Virus record (IMG/VR): IMGVR_UViG_3300027828_000041
Coordinates: 1-48,543 of that record
DNA length: 48,543 nt
From: a virus
Lineage: Duplodnaviria; Caudoviricetes
Direction: 5' to 3' (one strand)
Below, one piece after another: positions 38,253-46,884 of this stretch. How positions within the stretch are numbered: the first letter of the stretch is position 1; every line of letters begins with the position of its first letter. The notes beneath the pieces were generated by a model. That model had not been told where the DNA came from. It ran no database searches and was given only the letters and a program-made list of their open reading frames with translations. Both the position numbers and the translations under genes were made by a program.

Positions 38253-39796
38253 TATGCTGTTACGCCCCCGAAGCGTGGATGTACATCAATGCGTACCACA
38301 CGCTCACGTCCTTTGTTAGCGGACGGGGCTATGGCTACATCTATCGCACTTGCTAGTGCGTCTTTAATATCATCGTGCCGAGGTCGTGGCTGTCTCAGCT
38401 CTTCCTCTAGCTCTTGTGTTAGTCCACCTTTGTAGTGGAATACCGCAAGGTTCTCATACCGAGGATTGAGAATAGCGTCAATCCTTTCCTGCTTCGTACC
38501 TAGGTTACGTGTTGGGCGATACTTGTCAATTGACAAACGTATGCCGTCGCGCTTGACTTGGTCTAGCAGTGACTCTACGATAGCGTCCTGCGCTACTGTT
38601 ACCTCTGCGCGTAGCTTGCGGAAGTTCCAGTACTGGTGCAGGTCGAGTACGTGTTTGTAGTACTCGCTAATCTTGTTCGTTTTAAAGCGGTCTATGTCTA
38701 GGATGTAGATGTTACCATCCGCGTCCATACCTACTACTACGATGGCTGTATAGTCAGCCTCGTCTCTCATTGAAAATGCAAAGTCCACAGCCGCGTATAC
38801 ATTGAGCCGTGCCTCTTTGTAATACCAGTTACTGCCTCGCTTATCCAAGTGCCTACGGTCGTAGTATTGGAATAGCTTTCTAGCAATTGCTTCATTGTCA
38901 GGGTCGTTGGGATTATTATAATATTGTGCCCTGAACTGTGCCTTGTCGAGGTACTGCGCTCGCTTCTTAGCGAGGACCTCAGTGTTGAAGCCAAACCAAG
39001 CCCCATCCATACGCATTTGTCTGTGCCACAGGAATTCGCCCGTGCCATCACCTCTATCTTCCACTTCCCTTTGAAAAACTTCATATACTGGGGTAGACGA
39101 TGTTACGTTACCGAACTCGTCGTATTCCTCCATGTGCATTTCCATCATCGCGCCATACAGGTCATCCCCATGGTAGCGAGTACCTACTACCCATTCCTCT
39201 GCGTTAGTAGTCTCTACACTAGCGAGAAGCGAGTACTGGCTTTTCACTTTATCACGACCTTCTTTGACGTAGGCGTTCTCTTGCACAACAACATCGTCGA
39301 GGACTGCGATGTTACAGTGCATACCAGTGACGGAGGTTGTGAGTCCTGCCGTGAACACTGTGGGGTCTCGTACCCCTTCTTCCAGACGCTTAGGGTGGTC
39401 TACTGAGATTTCTGAAACGGTCCATTGTTTCCGTTTACCTTCGTCCTTGTGAACCATGTCCGACCAGTACCGCCTATAGATATCGCTAGTTAGTATGTCT
39501 TTGATGAATCCTAATTGTTTCTCCGCTAGGTTACGAGTTGAACTGATGTACAGTACCGTAACTGCTGGGTTACGTGTTATCTCCCAAGCCACACGATAAG
39601 CTACCATTGCGGACTTCTGATGGTCTCGCGGTAGCAGTACAAGCTGGTGAGACTTGCGGTCTTCTCGTGTCCACCACGTCAGAACTTCCTCGTGTACGTC
39701 ACCCAGTACACGGTGCGGGGCAACCAACTTAATGAAAGTTGAGAGGTCTTGCTCTGCTGCCTCGCGTATCAGGTCGTGGTTTGACTTCTTAGGCAA
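38252..39796 (-). CDS. terL: Terminase large subunit (start likely TTG 39796)
   Basis: LPRDHQKS Walker A, AVLDD Walker B, VGTRY, nuclease AVDFA...DYTA and HDDIKDALA. Confidence 0.92.
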   Translation of the reverse strand: MPKKSNHDLIREAAEQDLSTFIKLVAPHRVLGDVHEEVLTWWTREDRKSHQLVLLPRDHQKSAMVAYRVAWEITRNPAVTVLYISSTRNLAEKQLGFIKDILTSDIYRRYWSDMVHKDEGKRKQWTVSEISVDHPKRLEEGVRDPTVFTAGLTTSVTGMHCNIAVLDDVVVQENAYVKEGRDKVKSQYSLLASVETTNAEEWVVGTRYHGDDLYGAMMEMHMEEYDEFGNVTSSTPVYEVFQREVEDRGDGTGEFLWHRQMRMDGAWFGFNTEVLAKKRAQYLDKAQFRAQYYNNPNDPDNEAIARKLFQYYDRRHLDKRGSNWYYKEARLNVYAAVDFAFSMRDEADYTAIVVVGMDADGNIYILDIDRFKTNKISEYYKHVLDLHQYWNFRKLRAEVTVAQDAIVESLLDQVKRDGIRLSIDKYRPTRNLGTKQERIDAILNPRYENLAVFHYKGGLTQELEEELRQPRPRHDDIKDALASAIDVAIAPSANKGRERVVRIDVHPRFGGVTA

Positions 39797-39797
39797 G

Positions 39798-42050
39798 TTA
39801 TATCTCGGCGTACCAGTGCATCGGTGCGGTCGTCGGACCGGACCCGTCACGGGTGAACAACACCGTGAGTAAGCTTGCGTAGGATGTCATTTGCATTAAG
39901 TGTCGACGCGCATCTGCGCTATCGCCTGCTCCTATAGCACTACCATACGTAGTGCTTACCAACAAGTCGCTGTCCGTACTAACGATGTTGAACTTACGAG
40001 GGCGGCAGGGGAGACCGTGCGTAATGGTCTGAGTGCTCTGTAGGTTTGTTATGCGTGCCAAGCCGGAGGCTTCACTTACGTAGTTGCCGAACTTACAGCC
40101 CTTGAAGTAGAACTCGTTGTTGCGAAACAGGGCGTTACCTGTGTCCTCAGCGGCTGTCCACTGCCCAAAGCTACAGTTCTCAAAACGAATACTCTGGAAC
40201 GGATTAATGAAGTACATTACTTCACCTGCGGCTACGGCGTAGTCTATACCAGTGTTAAAGGAAACCGCACTGCCATTGTCAACTATTATGGCGGCGTAGC
40301 CGTCGTGGTTGGAGTACTTACCAGAATCCGCCAGATACCCAAACATCACATCGCCTACTGTGCGCGTGCCTGTGTTTGTGGTGTAGTCTATTGACATAGA
40401 GGCATATACTTCATTGTTGTCCAGAGTGATACTGGAGATGTTGAACTCCAGTGGCTCTACTGTGGTAATCGGGAAGTCTACGTTCTCGATTGACCAGTGC
40501 TTGGACGTGTCCGCACTTGCGGACTGGTGCGTGATTTCTAGGAACGCTCCGCTGAAATAATTCGACGGGGCTTTGAGATTGTCGATGCTGAAGTTCTGTA
40601 CTGGACTGTCGAAGTAGAACAGTGAGTCTGCCGAGGCTGCTGTGCCAGAGCCGAGCGATTCGATTACTATGTCTTCCAGATAGATGTTCTTCAGCGCGTC
40701 CGTATCTGATGCCGTTACCAGTAGCTGTGCGCCTGCGCTAGCTCCTGTCCACGTCAACGTATCCAGACTGACGCTGCTCACGTCCGTGGGGTCAGACACG
40801 TACACGAACCTGAAGCTGTCGCCCGTTACCACGCCCTCGATGAGGTTGTCCATATCGAGGAACACGTCCTTGAAGAGTACCCTGCCGCCGTCCACTGCGA
40901 GGAACGTGTCAAGGGTGCTAAGGTTTGTGTGCGCGTCCATCGTGACTCCGATGACGCTGGCGTAGTCGTCCACGCGGAACACCGCACTGGGTGTGGTGTA
41001 GTCTGCGTTAGCTGTGAGGGAGTTAAGTTCTACGTTCTCGAAGCGAGTGTTCGAGGCGGAAATCCACGCGTCCGTGTACGAACCTTCTGCTGTACCTGAC
41101 AGGGCAAGGTTACGTACTACGTTACGTTTGGTTGTTTGGAGGTCTATTGCGGGAGCTGCGTTGGCTCCGGCTATCTCTAGGTTGTCCACCTCAATGCGAA
41201 TGTCTGAGGTACTTGAGCTTACCAGACCTTCGTGTACCGTATCGTACACATACGCGTTTGCGATGCGCACACGTGAGGGAGCTGTTCGAGCTGGGTCTGT
41301 ACCCAGTAGTCCTCGTGTGCTAAGGTCTATGCCCGCGCCGCCATGTTCACGGGAGCTGAGGGATACTGACTGTGTTTGGTTGTCTTCGTTACCGTCGTAG
41401 GCTAGGTCTTGGATACCTATGAAGGTTGCGCCTGTGGCGTAGGTGATACCTGTCTTATCCTCAGTAGTGAGGTCCCAAGCGCCATCGTCTAGCTTGAAGA
41501 TTGTGTTGTCCCGACCCTCACCGATGAGAGTCTGACCATCCTGAATCTTAAGTAGGTTAACTACGTAGGTCCCGGCTTGTGCCCGGATTATTGAGAATCC
41601 GGTTGCGAGAATCTTGTTGATGTCCGTGTCTTGGTTGTTGGTGGCGTGAGAGGTTACACCGTAACGCCTGAAGTCTCCGTAGAAGTACTGGAGGTCTAGG
41701 TCGTTCTCTACCCAACCAGCGCTTGATTCATCTGCGTGGATGGGGTGGAGGTTGTCGGACACGTAGGCGGGAGTGAGGTAGCCGCCGATTACATCTGCTG
41801 TGAGAGTGGTATCTGTGGTAGCCAAGCTTCCGGCTTGGGCTAGCGTGATAGGTTCGTCGTCGTTAATTGCTGCGGGTAGATTGAGAATCCGTTGGTTGTT
41901 CATGTCCACGTCTGCGGTGAACTGATTGGGACTCTTACCCGACAGACTGAGGGAGTCGTCTATTGCTGCCTCAATCTTGGCGTTGTTCGCGTTGATAGTG
42001 CCTGTGCTGGCGCATCCCGCTTCTATGTCGTCTAGGTCTAGCTTAGCCAT
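39798..42050 (-). CDS. Tailspike / beta-helix depolymerase
   Basis: Virion-anchor N-terminus (DMNNQRILNLP) then pectate-lyase-3-like FRRYG...GTY...LIGEG..TIFK and a repetitive beta region. Confidence 0.8.
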   Translation of the reverse strand: MAKLDLDDIEAGCASTGTINANNAKIEAAIDDSLSLSGKSPNQFTADVDMNNQRILNLPAAINDDEPITLAQAGSLATTDTTLTADVIGGYLTPAYVSDNLHPIHADESSAGWVENDLDLQYFYGDFRRYGVTSHATNNQDTDINKILATGFSIIRAQAGTYVVNLLKIQDGQTLIGEGRDNTIFKLDDGAWDLTTEDKTGITYATGATFIGIQDLAYDGNEDNQTQSVSLSSREHGGAGIDLSTRGLLGTDPARTAPSRVRIANAYVYDTVHEGLVSSSTSDIRIEVDNLEIAGANAAPAIDLQTTKRNVVRNLALSGTAEGSYTDAWISASNTRFENVELNSLTANADYTTPSAVFRVDDYASVIGVTMDAHTNLSTLDTFLAVDGGRVLFKDVFLDMDNLIEGVVTGDSFRFVYVSDPTDVSSVSLDTLTWTGASAGAQLLVTASDTDALKNIYLEDIVIESLGSGTAASADSLFYFDSPVQNFSIDNLKAPSNYFSGAFLEITHQSASADTSKHWSIENVDFPITTVEPLEFNISSITLDNNEVYASMSIDYTTNTGTRTVGDVMFGYLADSGKYSNHDGYAAIIVDNGSAVSFNTGIDYAVAAGEVMYFINPFQSIRFENCSFGQWTAAEDTGNALFRNNEFYFKGCKFGNYVSEASGLARITNLQSTQTITHGLPCRPRKFNIVSTDSDLLVSTTYGSAIGAGDSADARRHLMQMTSYASLLTVLFTRDGSGPTTAPMHWYAEI

Positions 42051-42574
42051 TATCGTCCTCGTATGTTAATGCGTGCTAAATCTTCGGCTACGTGGGCTTC
42101 ATCCTCGGTGATGACCTTGAGATGTGCCTTACGTTCCTCTTTCGATGGGCGACCACGTGTGGGAGTCTCTTCCTCCCATGGGGACTCGAAGAGCCACTTG
42201 GTGGCTTGAATCCTGACGCTATCGTTCCCATTCTCCGCCAAGTCTTGCATACGCATAACTTGCTCGGACTTGAGCTTCTCCTTAAGCTCTAGTCTCCACT
42301 TGACAAGGTGCTCCTTGAAGAAGGGAGACTCACATAAAGTCTTCCAGTGCTCTACACTTCCAGTGAGAGCCATGGCTTGCTCGTACTCGGTGGGGTCACC
42401 GCAGTCGAGATACGCCTGACGGAACGAGATGTAGGTGATACCATCCACCACCTCATCCTCATCCTTGAGGGTGAAGTAGGCGGGATACTTATCCCGTTTC
42501 CATTGAAGGAACAGACTCTTCGTGCGAAACTTCCCACGAGAGTCTTTAAATGTACTATAATCTAATTTAATTAT
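42050..42574 (-). CDS. terS: Putative terminase small subunit, probably with a non-canonical start
   Basis: DPTEYE.A...HW..L and RGRPSK motifs; first gene of the late arm; the frame stays open 5' of GTG 42451. Confidence 0.65.
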   Translation of the reverse strand: MIKLDYSTFKDSRGKFRTKSLFLQWKRDKYPAYFTLKDEDEVVDGITYISFRQAYLDCGDPTEYEQAMALTGSVEHWKTLCESPFFKEHLVKWRLELKEKLKSEQVMRMQDLAENGNDSVRIQATKWLFESPWEEETPTRGRPSKEERKAHLKVITEDEAHVAEDLARINIRGR

Positions 42575-42631
42575 CTTAATTACCTTTATTGCATAAAGCT
42601 AATTTGTTAATTTATACACCCTTACATACTA

Positions 42632-42658
42632 TTAGACAACAAATTGAGAACATAGTTC
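42632..42658 (-). promoter_or_regulatory. SigmaE/ECF-like promoter
   Basis: GAACTA-N16-TCTAA on the minus strand, against the RpoE/AlgU consensus GAACTT-N16/17-TCTRA. Confidence 0.5.
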
Positions 42659-42684
42659 ACAATTAGTACTGATTTAGTTCCAAT

Positions 42685-42699
42685 TGAGAATGATTCTCA
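42685..42699. promoter_or_regulatory. Fur-box-like 7-1-7 palindrome
   Basis: TGAGAAT-G-ATTCTCA against the Fur core TGATAAT-N-ATTATCA. Confidence 0.55.
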
Positions 42700-42814
42700 T
42701 TGTCAATTAACTAAATAGATTTGTGCCCATTTAATGTTTCTATTTCTTAAGAGGGAAGTATTTATACTTCAATCTTTAGAAGTAAGAGGTCTTTTTTTCT
42801 TACTTCGTAGTAAT

Positions 42815-42843
42815 AGTATAGCATATATTTAAGAGAAAGTCAA
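42815..42843 (-). promoter_or_regulatory. Sigma70 promoter facing the structural arm
   Basis: TTGACT-N17-TATACT with an extended -10 TG. Confidence 0.75.
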
Positions 42844-43120
42844 GCTAAATAGCACAGTTATTTCGTAACCTGTTGATTCTCAACTTGATTTAATTCCAAG
42901 ATTCTGAACATTTCTGTGAGAAAATATTAACGTGCATTACCACGCGAAGCGTGCCTCCCCTAGCCCCCTTTAGACCCGTTCTAAATTGGTTTGTGGTGAA
43001 ATTACAACACCATCTCAAATAACACGAGGAAAATGGTGCAAGTTGATGAATTTCAAGCAATTAATTTTGTTGTTTTCGTGCCACAACTTTGCTGTGTAAA
43101 CTTTTCCGACACCGCCACAA

Positions 43121-43182
43121 TAGTTACCTACGGTAACTACGTCAGAGTCCTTCGGACTCTGGGGTCTAGTCCTACGGACTAG
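43121..43182. repeat. Three tandem perfect triloop hairpins
   Basis: TAGTTACC-TAC-GGTAACTA, CAGAGTCC-TTC-GGACTCTG and CTAGTCC-TAC-GGACTAG. Confidence 0.85.
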
Positions 43183-43185
43183 GTT

Positions 43186-43262
43186 TATCTCCTGTTTCGA
43201 GAAAAGAAATCTCTCTGAACGTAGTGAAGAGAGATAATTCTTTTCTCTCAAAACAGGAGATA
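43186..43262 (+). repeat. Long inverted repeat with GAAC-GTA-GTGA cap
   Basis: Interrupted stem of about 30 bp; the right arm contains the RBS of the gene at 43267. Confidence 0.85.
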
Positions 43263-43266
43263 GAAA

Positions 43267-43512
43267 ATGGAAAAAGTCACCGCTATCATCAGCATTGCTG
43301 CTGATGCTCCGTTCCTTAATGCCAACCTTTACAAGGTTGATGGAAAGGATTACTATGAACTCGACGAAGTCGAGAATCTGTACTTTCGGAGTCCTTTGGA
43401 AGCCCTTAGCTTCGGAAAGAAGCTACGGGAACTAGCTGGAAAGCCTAAAGGCTTTGAGTTGCTCCTTGAGGACGTAGAGAGTGGTGAAACCACTCACATT
43501 AGCCTCTCTTAG
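43267..43512 (+). CDS. Early hypothetical protein
   Basis: AGGAG RBS. Confidence 0.7.
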   Translation: MEKVTAIISIAADAPFLNANLYKVDGKDYYELDEVENLYFRSPLEALSFGKKLRELAGKPKGFELLLEDVESGETTHISLS

Positions 43513-43574
43513 AGGCTACAGCGGAGAGGCACTCTGTGCCTCTCCTTTTTCTTAACCCTAACGGGAGTAAAGCT

Positions 43575-43838
43575 ATGCTTTATGCTGCTGAAATCATTGA
43601 TACCTCCGGTCACGTTGTTGACATCCTCGAATCCGCCACCGAAGGTGGCGCTGTTACTGCTGGCAGCGAAGCTGTCAGAGGTCGGGATTGGCTGGACTAC
43701 AGAGTAGTCCCAATGCACCCTGATAGCGTCGAAGACGCTGGCGCTGCGGAGATTCTGGAAGAATCTACGGAGTTCCAGTTCGGTCACGACTACGAAGTAG
43801 TCGGAGGAATGTCATTCATCGACGGAGCAGTAGCGTAA
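43575..43838 (+). CDS. Early acidic hypothetical protein
   Basis: GGGAG RBS before ATG 43575. Confidence 0.7.
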   Translation: MLYAAEIIDTSGHVVDILESATEGGAVTAGSEAVRGRDWLDYRVVPMHPDSVEDAGAAEILEESTEFQFGHDYEVVGGMSFIDGAVA

Positions 43839-43888
43839 GCTACTGTCTCCGCCCTAATTAACGAAGTTAATTCTCTGGAGTAATTGCT

Positions 43889-44194
43889 ATGCAATCAATA
43901 CTAGTCCTTATCTACGATAAGACCAAGCCCAATAGCCCTGCTATTGAAGAACGTGAGTTTCCCTGCGAACATAGTGCTTCGCACTATCTGGACACCGAAG
44001 GTGACTTCGACAAGTTCACCTATCAGGTACTTGTACCTGACCTTGACGGTGAGGTTAATGTCGTAGACATTGAGCCAGAGGCAGTCCCCTCTGGTATCTT
44101 CAGCACCACTCATCCAGAGGATGAGTACGACAAGTTTGAGCTAGACCACGTAGCGGGTGACTATGACCCGTATAACAGCGGAGGCGTAACTTAG
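43889..44194 (+). CDS. Early acidic hypothetical protein
   Basis: GGAG RBS. Confidence 0.7.
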   Translation: MQSILVLIYDKTKPNSPAIEEREFPCEHSASHYLDTEGDFDKFTYQVLVPDLDGEVNVVDIEPEAVPSGIFSTTHPEDEYDKFELDHVAGDYDPYNSGGVT

Positions 44195-44211
44195 TACAAC
44201 GCCGACCGTTT

Positions 44212-44284
44212 ACTTCCCGTTACGGTTTTAAAAAAATCTCTCGAACGAAGTGAGAGAGATTTATTTTAAAACCTTACGGGGAGT
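44212..44284 (+). repeat. Long inverted repeat with GAAC-GAA-GTGA cap
   Basis: ACTTCCCGT..GGTTTTAAAA-AAATCTCTC pairs with GAGAGATTT.TTTTAAAACC..ACGGGGAGT. Confidence 0.85.
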
Positions 44285-44323
44285 TACCCCACTTTCAACA
44301 ACAACTCTTATGGAGATAAGGCT

Positions 44324-44725
44324 ATGCCTAAAGCAACGATTAAATCTACCAATGAACGCATTGATTCTATTGAATCAAAGCTTGACCTGCTGGTTAACGC
44401 CATTACTAATGGCACTGACGCTGCTTTAGCAGCGCCGTCAGTAACTACTGATGCCTCTGACATGGAGTCTATCCGTGCCACAGCACCGAAGGTGCTGAGT
44501 ACCGACAAGTTCAAGGCTATGTGTGCTGCTCAGGTTAACCGCGCCATCGCTAAGGCAAAAGACAAAGGTCGCTCCCAGAATATCTTCTGGGTCTACAGCC
44601 AGCGTTCTAACCGCGATGTGCTGCTCATTAACGATGCACTCAAGGTTAAGCAGGTTAAGAATGGCTACCTTGTAGCCACTGTTGCTCCGACTGGCGAGGT
44701 TACTCGCCATGTTCAGGGCTTCTAA
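44324..44725 (+). CDS. Early hypothetical protein
   Basis: GGAG RBS. Confidence 0.75.
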   Translation: MPKATIKSTNERIDSIESKLDLLVNAITNGTDAALAAPSVTTDASDMESIRATAPKVLSTDKFKAMCAAQVNRAIAKAKDKGRSQNIFWVYSQRSNRDVLLINDALKVKQVKNGYLVATVAPTGEVTRHVQGF

Positions 44726-44889
44726 AGAACTCCTGTACCTCCTGAGCATGAGGAAAAACTGCTCACCCATAGCTGTCTCTATCCGAGTCTACTAGGATAG
44801 TAGGGTACAGCTGGAGTAGTTGGTACTGACACCGATAGGTACTGTGAAATACTCGGTACTAATTTCCCACTATCTTATGGAGAACGGAC

Positions 44890-45183
44890 ATGGCTAAGGT
44901 CGTTACGTTGTGGTATCAAGACCAGCAGAAGATGGCACTCGAAGTTAAAACTGGTACTAAGTTCACTCACTACGTAGTCAATACACATACAGGTATTAGA
45001 CTGGTGAGGTTGAAGAACCCTAGCCTTTGTCCTGATAGCAGGGAGTACAACGTACTCAATGCAGCTCAGTCTTTGCTGAGCTTCAATAAGGAACGTACTA
45101 AGGCAGCGACTACTGCCTTAGAGAATGTAGTGAGAGAGGCACAAGCCTCTCTTGCTTTGGCTACTAATACAGCGAGGTGGTAA
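44890..45183 (+). CDS. Early hypothetical protein
   Basis: GGAG RBS. Confidence 0.7.
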   Translation: MAKVVTLWYQDQQKMALEVKTGTKFTHYVVNTHTGIRLVRLKNPSLCPDSREYNVLNAAQSLLSFNKERTKAATTALENVVREAQASLALATNTARW

Positions 45184-45184
45184 C

Positions 45185-45490
45185 ATGAGTGATAAGCCTA
45201 AGACTCTGGGTGATATTATGCCCACATTTAAAATCATTGGTTACTTGAAGGATGGTACTCAACGAGTCATCACTAGTGACTCAATGAATGATGTCCGTAC
45301 TGATGACGAGGTAGCTAAGATTATCCTCATGGTTGGCATGGATATTCTCAGTCAGTACCCCGTGCAATCAGTGGAGTTCGCCGAAGATACACCGGATGAA
45401 TTCCTCGGTATCACTAAGGTCACTGCACTGCGTGACTCAGGAGAGGAGGCAGACGTACTTGAATTCCCTGCTCCTACATCAGTGAACTGA
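45185..45490 (+). CDS. Early hypothetical protein
   Basis: GAGGT RBS before ATG 45185. Confidence 0.7.
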   Translation: MSDKPKTLGDIMPTFKIIGYLKDGTQRVITSDSMNDVRTDDEVAKIILMVGMDILSQYPVQSVEFAEDTPDEFLGITKVTALRDSGEEADVLEFPAPTSVN

Positions 45491-45753
45491 TGTTGTTCCT
45501 TTACTTGACTGTCATTGTAGTGGGTACTATCTTTGTGTTACTTGAACACTAGTGTCTCGCCGTTAGGTGAGCAGCAGGGTAGAGTCTAGCTACCCTTTAT
45601 AATCCTGCACTAGATGGTAGTTTACGCGGTCTACCGTATCAAAACCGCGTCGTATTTTAAGAGTTAAGTTATGAAACTTAAAGATATATTTAATAAAGAA
45701 AATATTAAAAAGAGATTCATTAATTTTCTTTACGGATTAGGTGAAATGCGTTA

Positions 45754-45830
45754 GGGTTTGTAGCTCAATTGGTTAGAGCAACCGACTCATAATCGGTTGG
45801 TTACAGGTTCGAGTCCTGTCAGACCCACCA
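45754..45830 (+). tRNA. tRNA with CAU anticodon, most likely tRNA-Ile2 (lysidine type)
   Basis: Full cloverleaf: GGGTTTG/CAGACCC acceptor, GCTC/GAGC D stem, ACCGA-CTCATAA-TCGGT, ACAGG-TTCGAGT-CCTGT, encoded CCA. It lacks initiator features. Ile2 versus Met is inferred from resemblance. Confidence 0.9.
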
Positions 45831-46018
45831 AGACTAGCTGTGTATGGTAGACTGTAAGCTACCACATCTCAACGCTGTATGATGGACAACGTCATTAACT
45901 TAGGAGTAAGTGCTTAGGGGTAACGGCTGATGTTACTGTTGACTATCAGCGGGTATGTCTCATCAGTGGTCACAAGCAACTATTGTCAGCCGTCTTGGTA
46001 AATACAAAGGAGAGTAAT

Positions 46019-46366
46019 ATGTTAGCAACATTCATTGCGTCATTACTTGGAGTAGCTGTGCTATGGACAGTAGCATGGTACATTATGAAAGCAATAGAGC
46101 AGGAGTACCCCGATGAAACAACATCTCAGTATTGCCCTACTAATATCAGTAGCCTCCCTAAGTTTCATCCTAGTGTGTATGCTGAGATAGTTGAGCAGGT
46201 TAGGGAGAAAGGTGCATCCATTAGTGACACCGAAGGTGCTGTTGTACGGCTGGAGTTATACAATGGTACGATAGAGTACGCTAAGCTGTACGATAAGGGT
46301 ACTCGGTACTTCTCATACACCGTAGTGGTTGAACCTAGTCACATAGCTAAAGCTACACTCGTATAG
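46019..46366 (+). CDS. Membrane-anchored hypothetical protein
   Basis: AAGGAG RBS; N-terminal TM. Confidence 0.65.
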   Translation: MLATFIASLLGVAVLWTVAWYIMKAIEQEYPDETTSQYCPTNISSLPKFHPSVYAEIVEQVREKGASISDTEGAVVRLELYNGTIEYAKLYDKGTRYFSYTVVVEPSHIAKATLV

Positions 46367-46375
46367 GAGAGGTAG

Positions 46376-46693
46376 ATGCCTAACAAACAAGTATATAACA
46401 GACGCATTTGGTTGCGCCCAGTCAATAACTATGCTAACCATAGTAGTGTTATCGGTACTATCCACTCATTTAAGAGTGGCAAGGAATCCACCCACAATAA
46501 GGTTATTAGTGTGGATGCGCGGTTAACACTAACTGACTGCAATCGTAGTGTCACCTTTGACTTCATGGCATATGGTTCAACAGCTAAAGCTAAGGCTGAG
46601 GCAAAGGCGCACCTTAAGATGATGGACAAACTCATTAATGAACTACAAGAGTTCCGTGCTGAGTACGAACGACAAATTTCCAACAACAAGTAA
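46376..46693 (+). CDS. Hypothetical protein
   Basis: AGGAG/GAGGT RBS. Confidence 0.7.
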   Translation: MPNKQVYNRRIWLRPVNNYANHSSVIGTIHSFKSGKESTHNKVISVDARLTLTDCNRSVTFDFMAYGSTAKAKAEAKAHLKMMDKLINELQEFRAEYERQISNNK

Positions 46694-46884
46694 CAAAAGG
46701 AGTCACTAAATGAAGACATTTAACAATAATGTAGATGGAAAGTTGGACTAGTTAGCCAGACAGCTTTGGTGACGACCTCCTATGTAAGCACGTTCTAGAG
46801 ACGGATGGTATGGGAACTCAACACCTTGTGCTTAAAGGTCGCTAGTCAGCAGGAGGAGGATACCTAGCAAAGGGTTAGGTTATC

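Noticed and set aside
45831-46010. tRNA-associated theta/HDV-like or hammerhead ribozyme
   Set aside because: I could not build the HDV nested pseudoknot. The minus-strand CTGATGA has no matching GAAA core.
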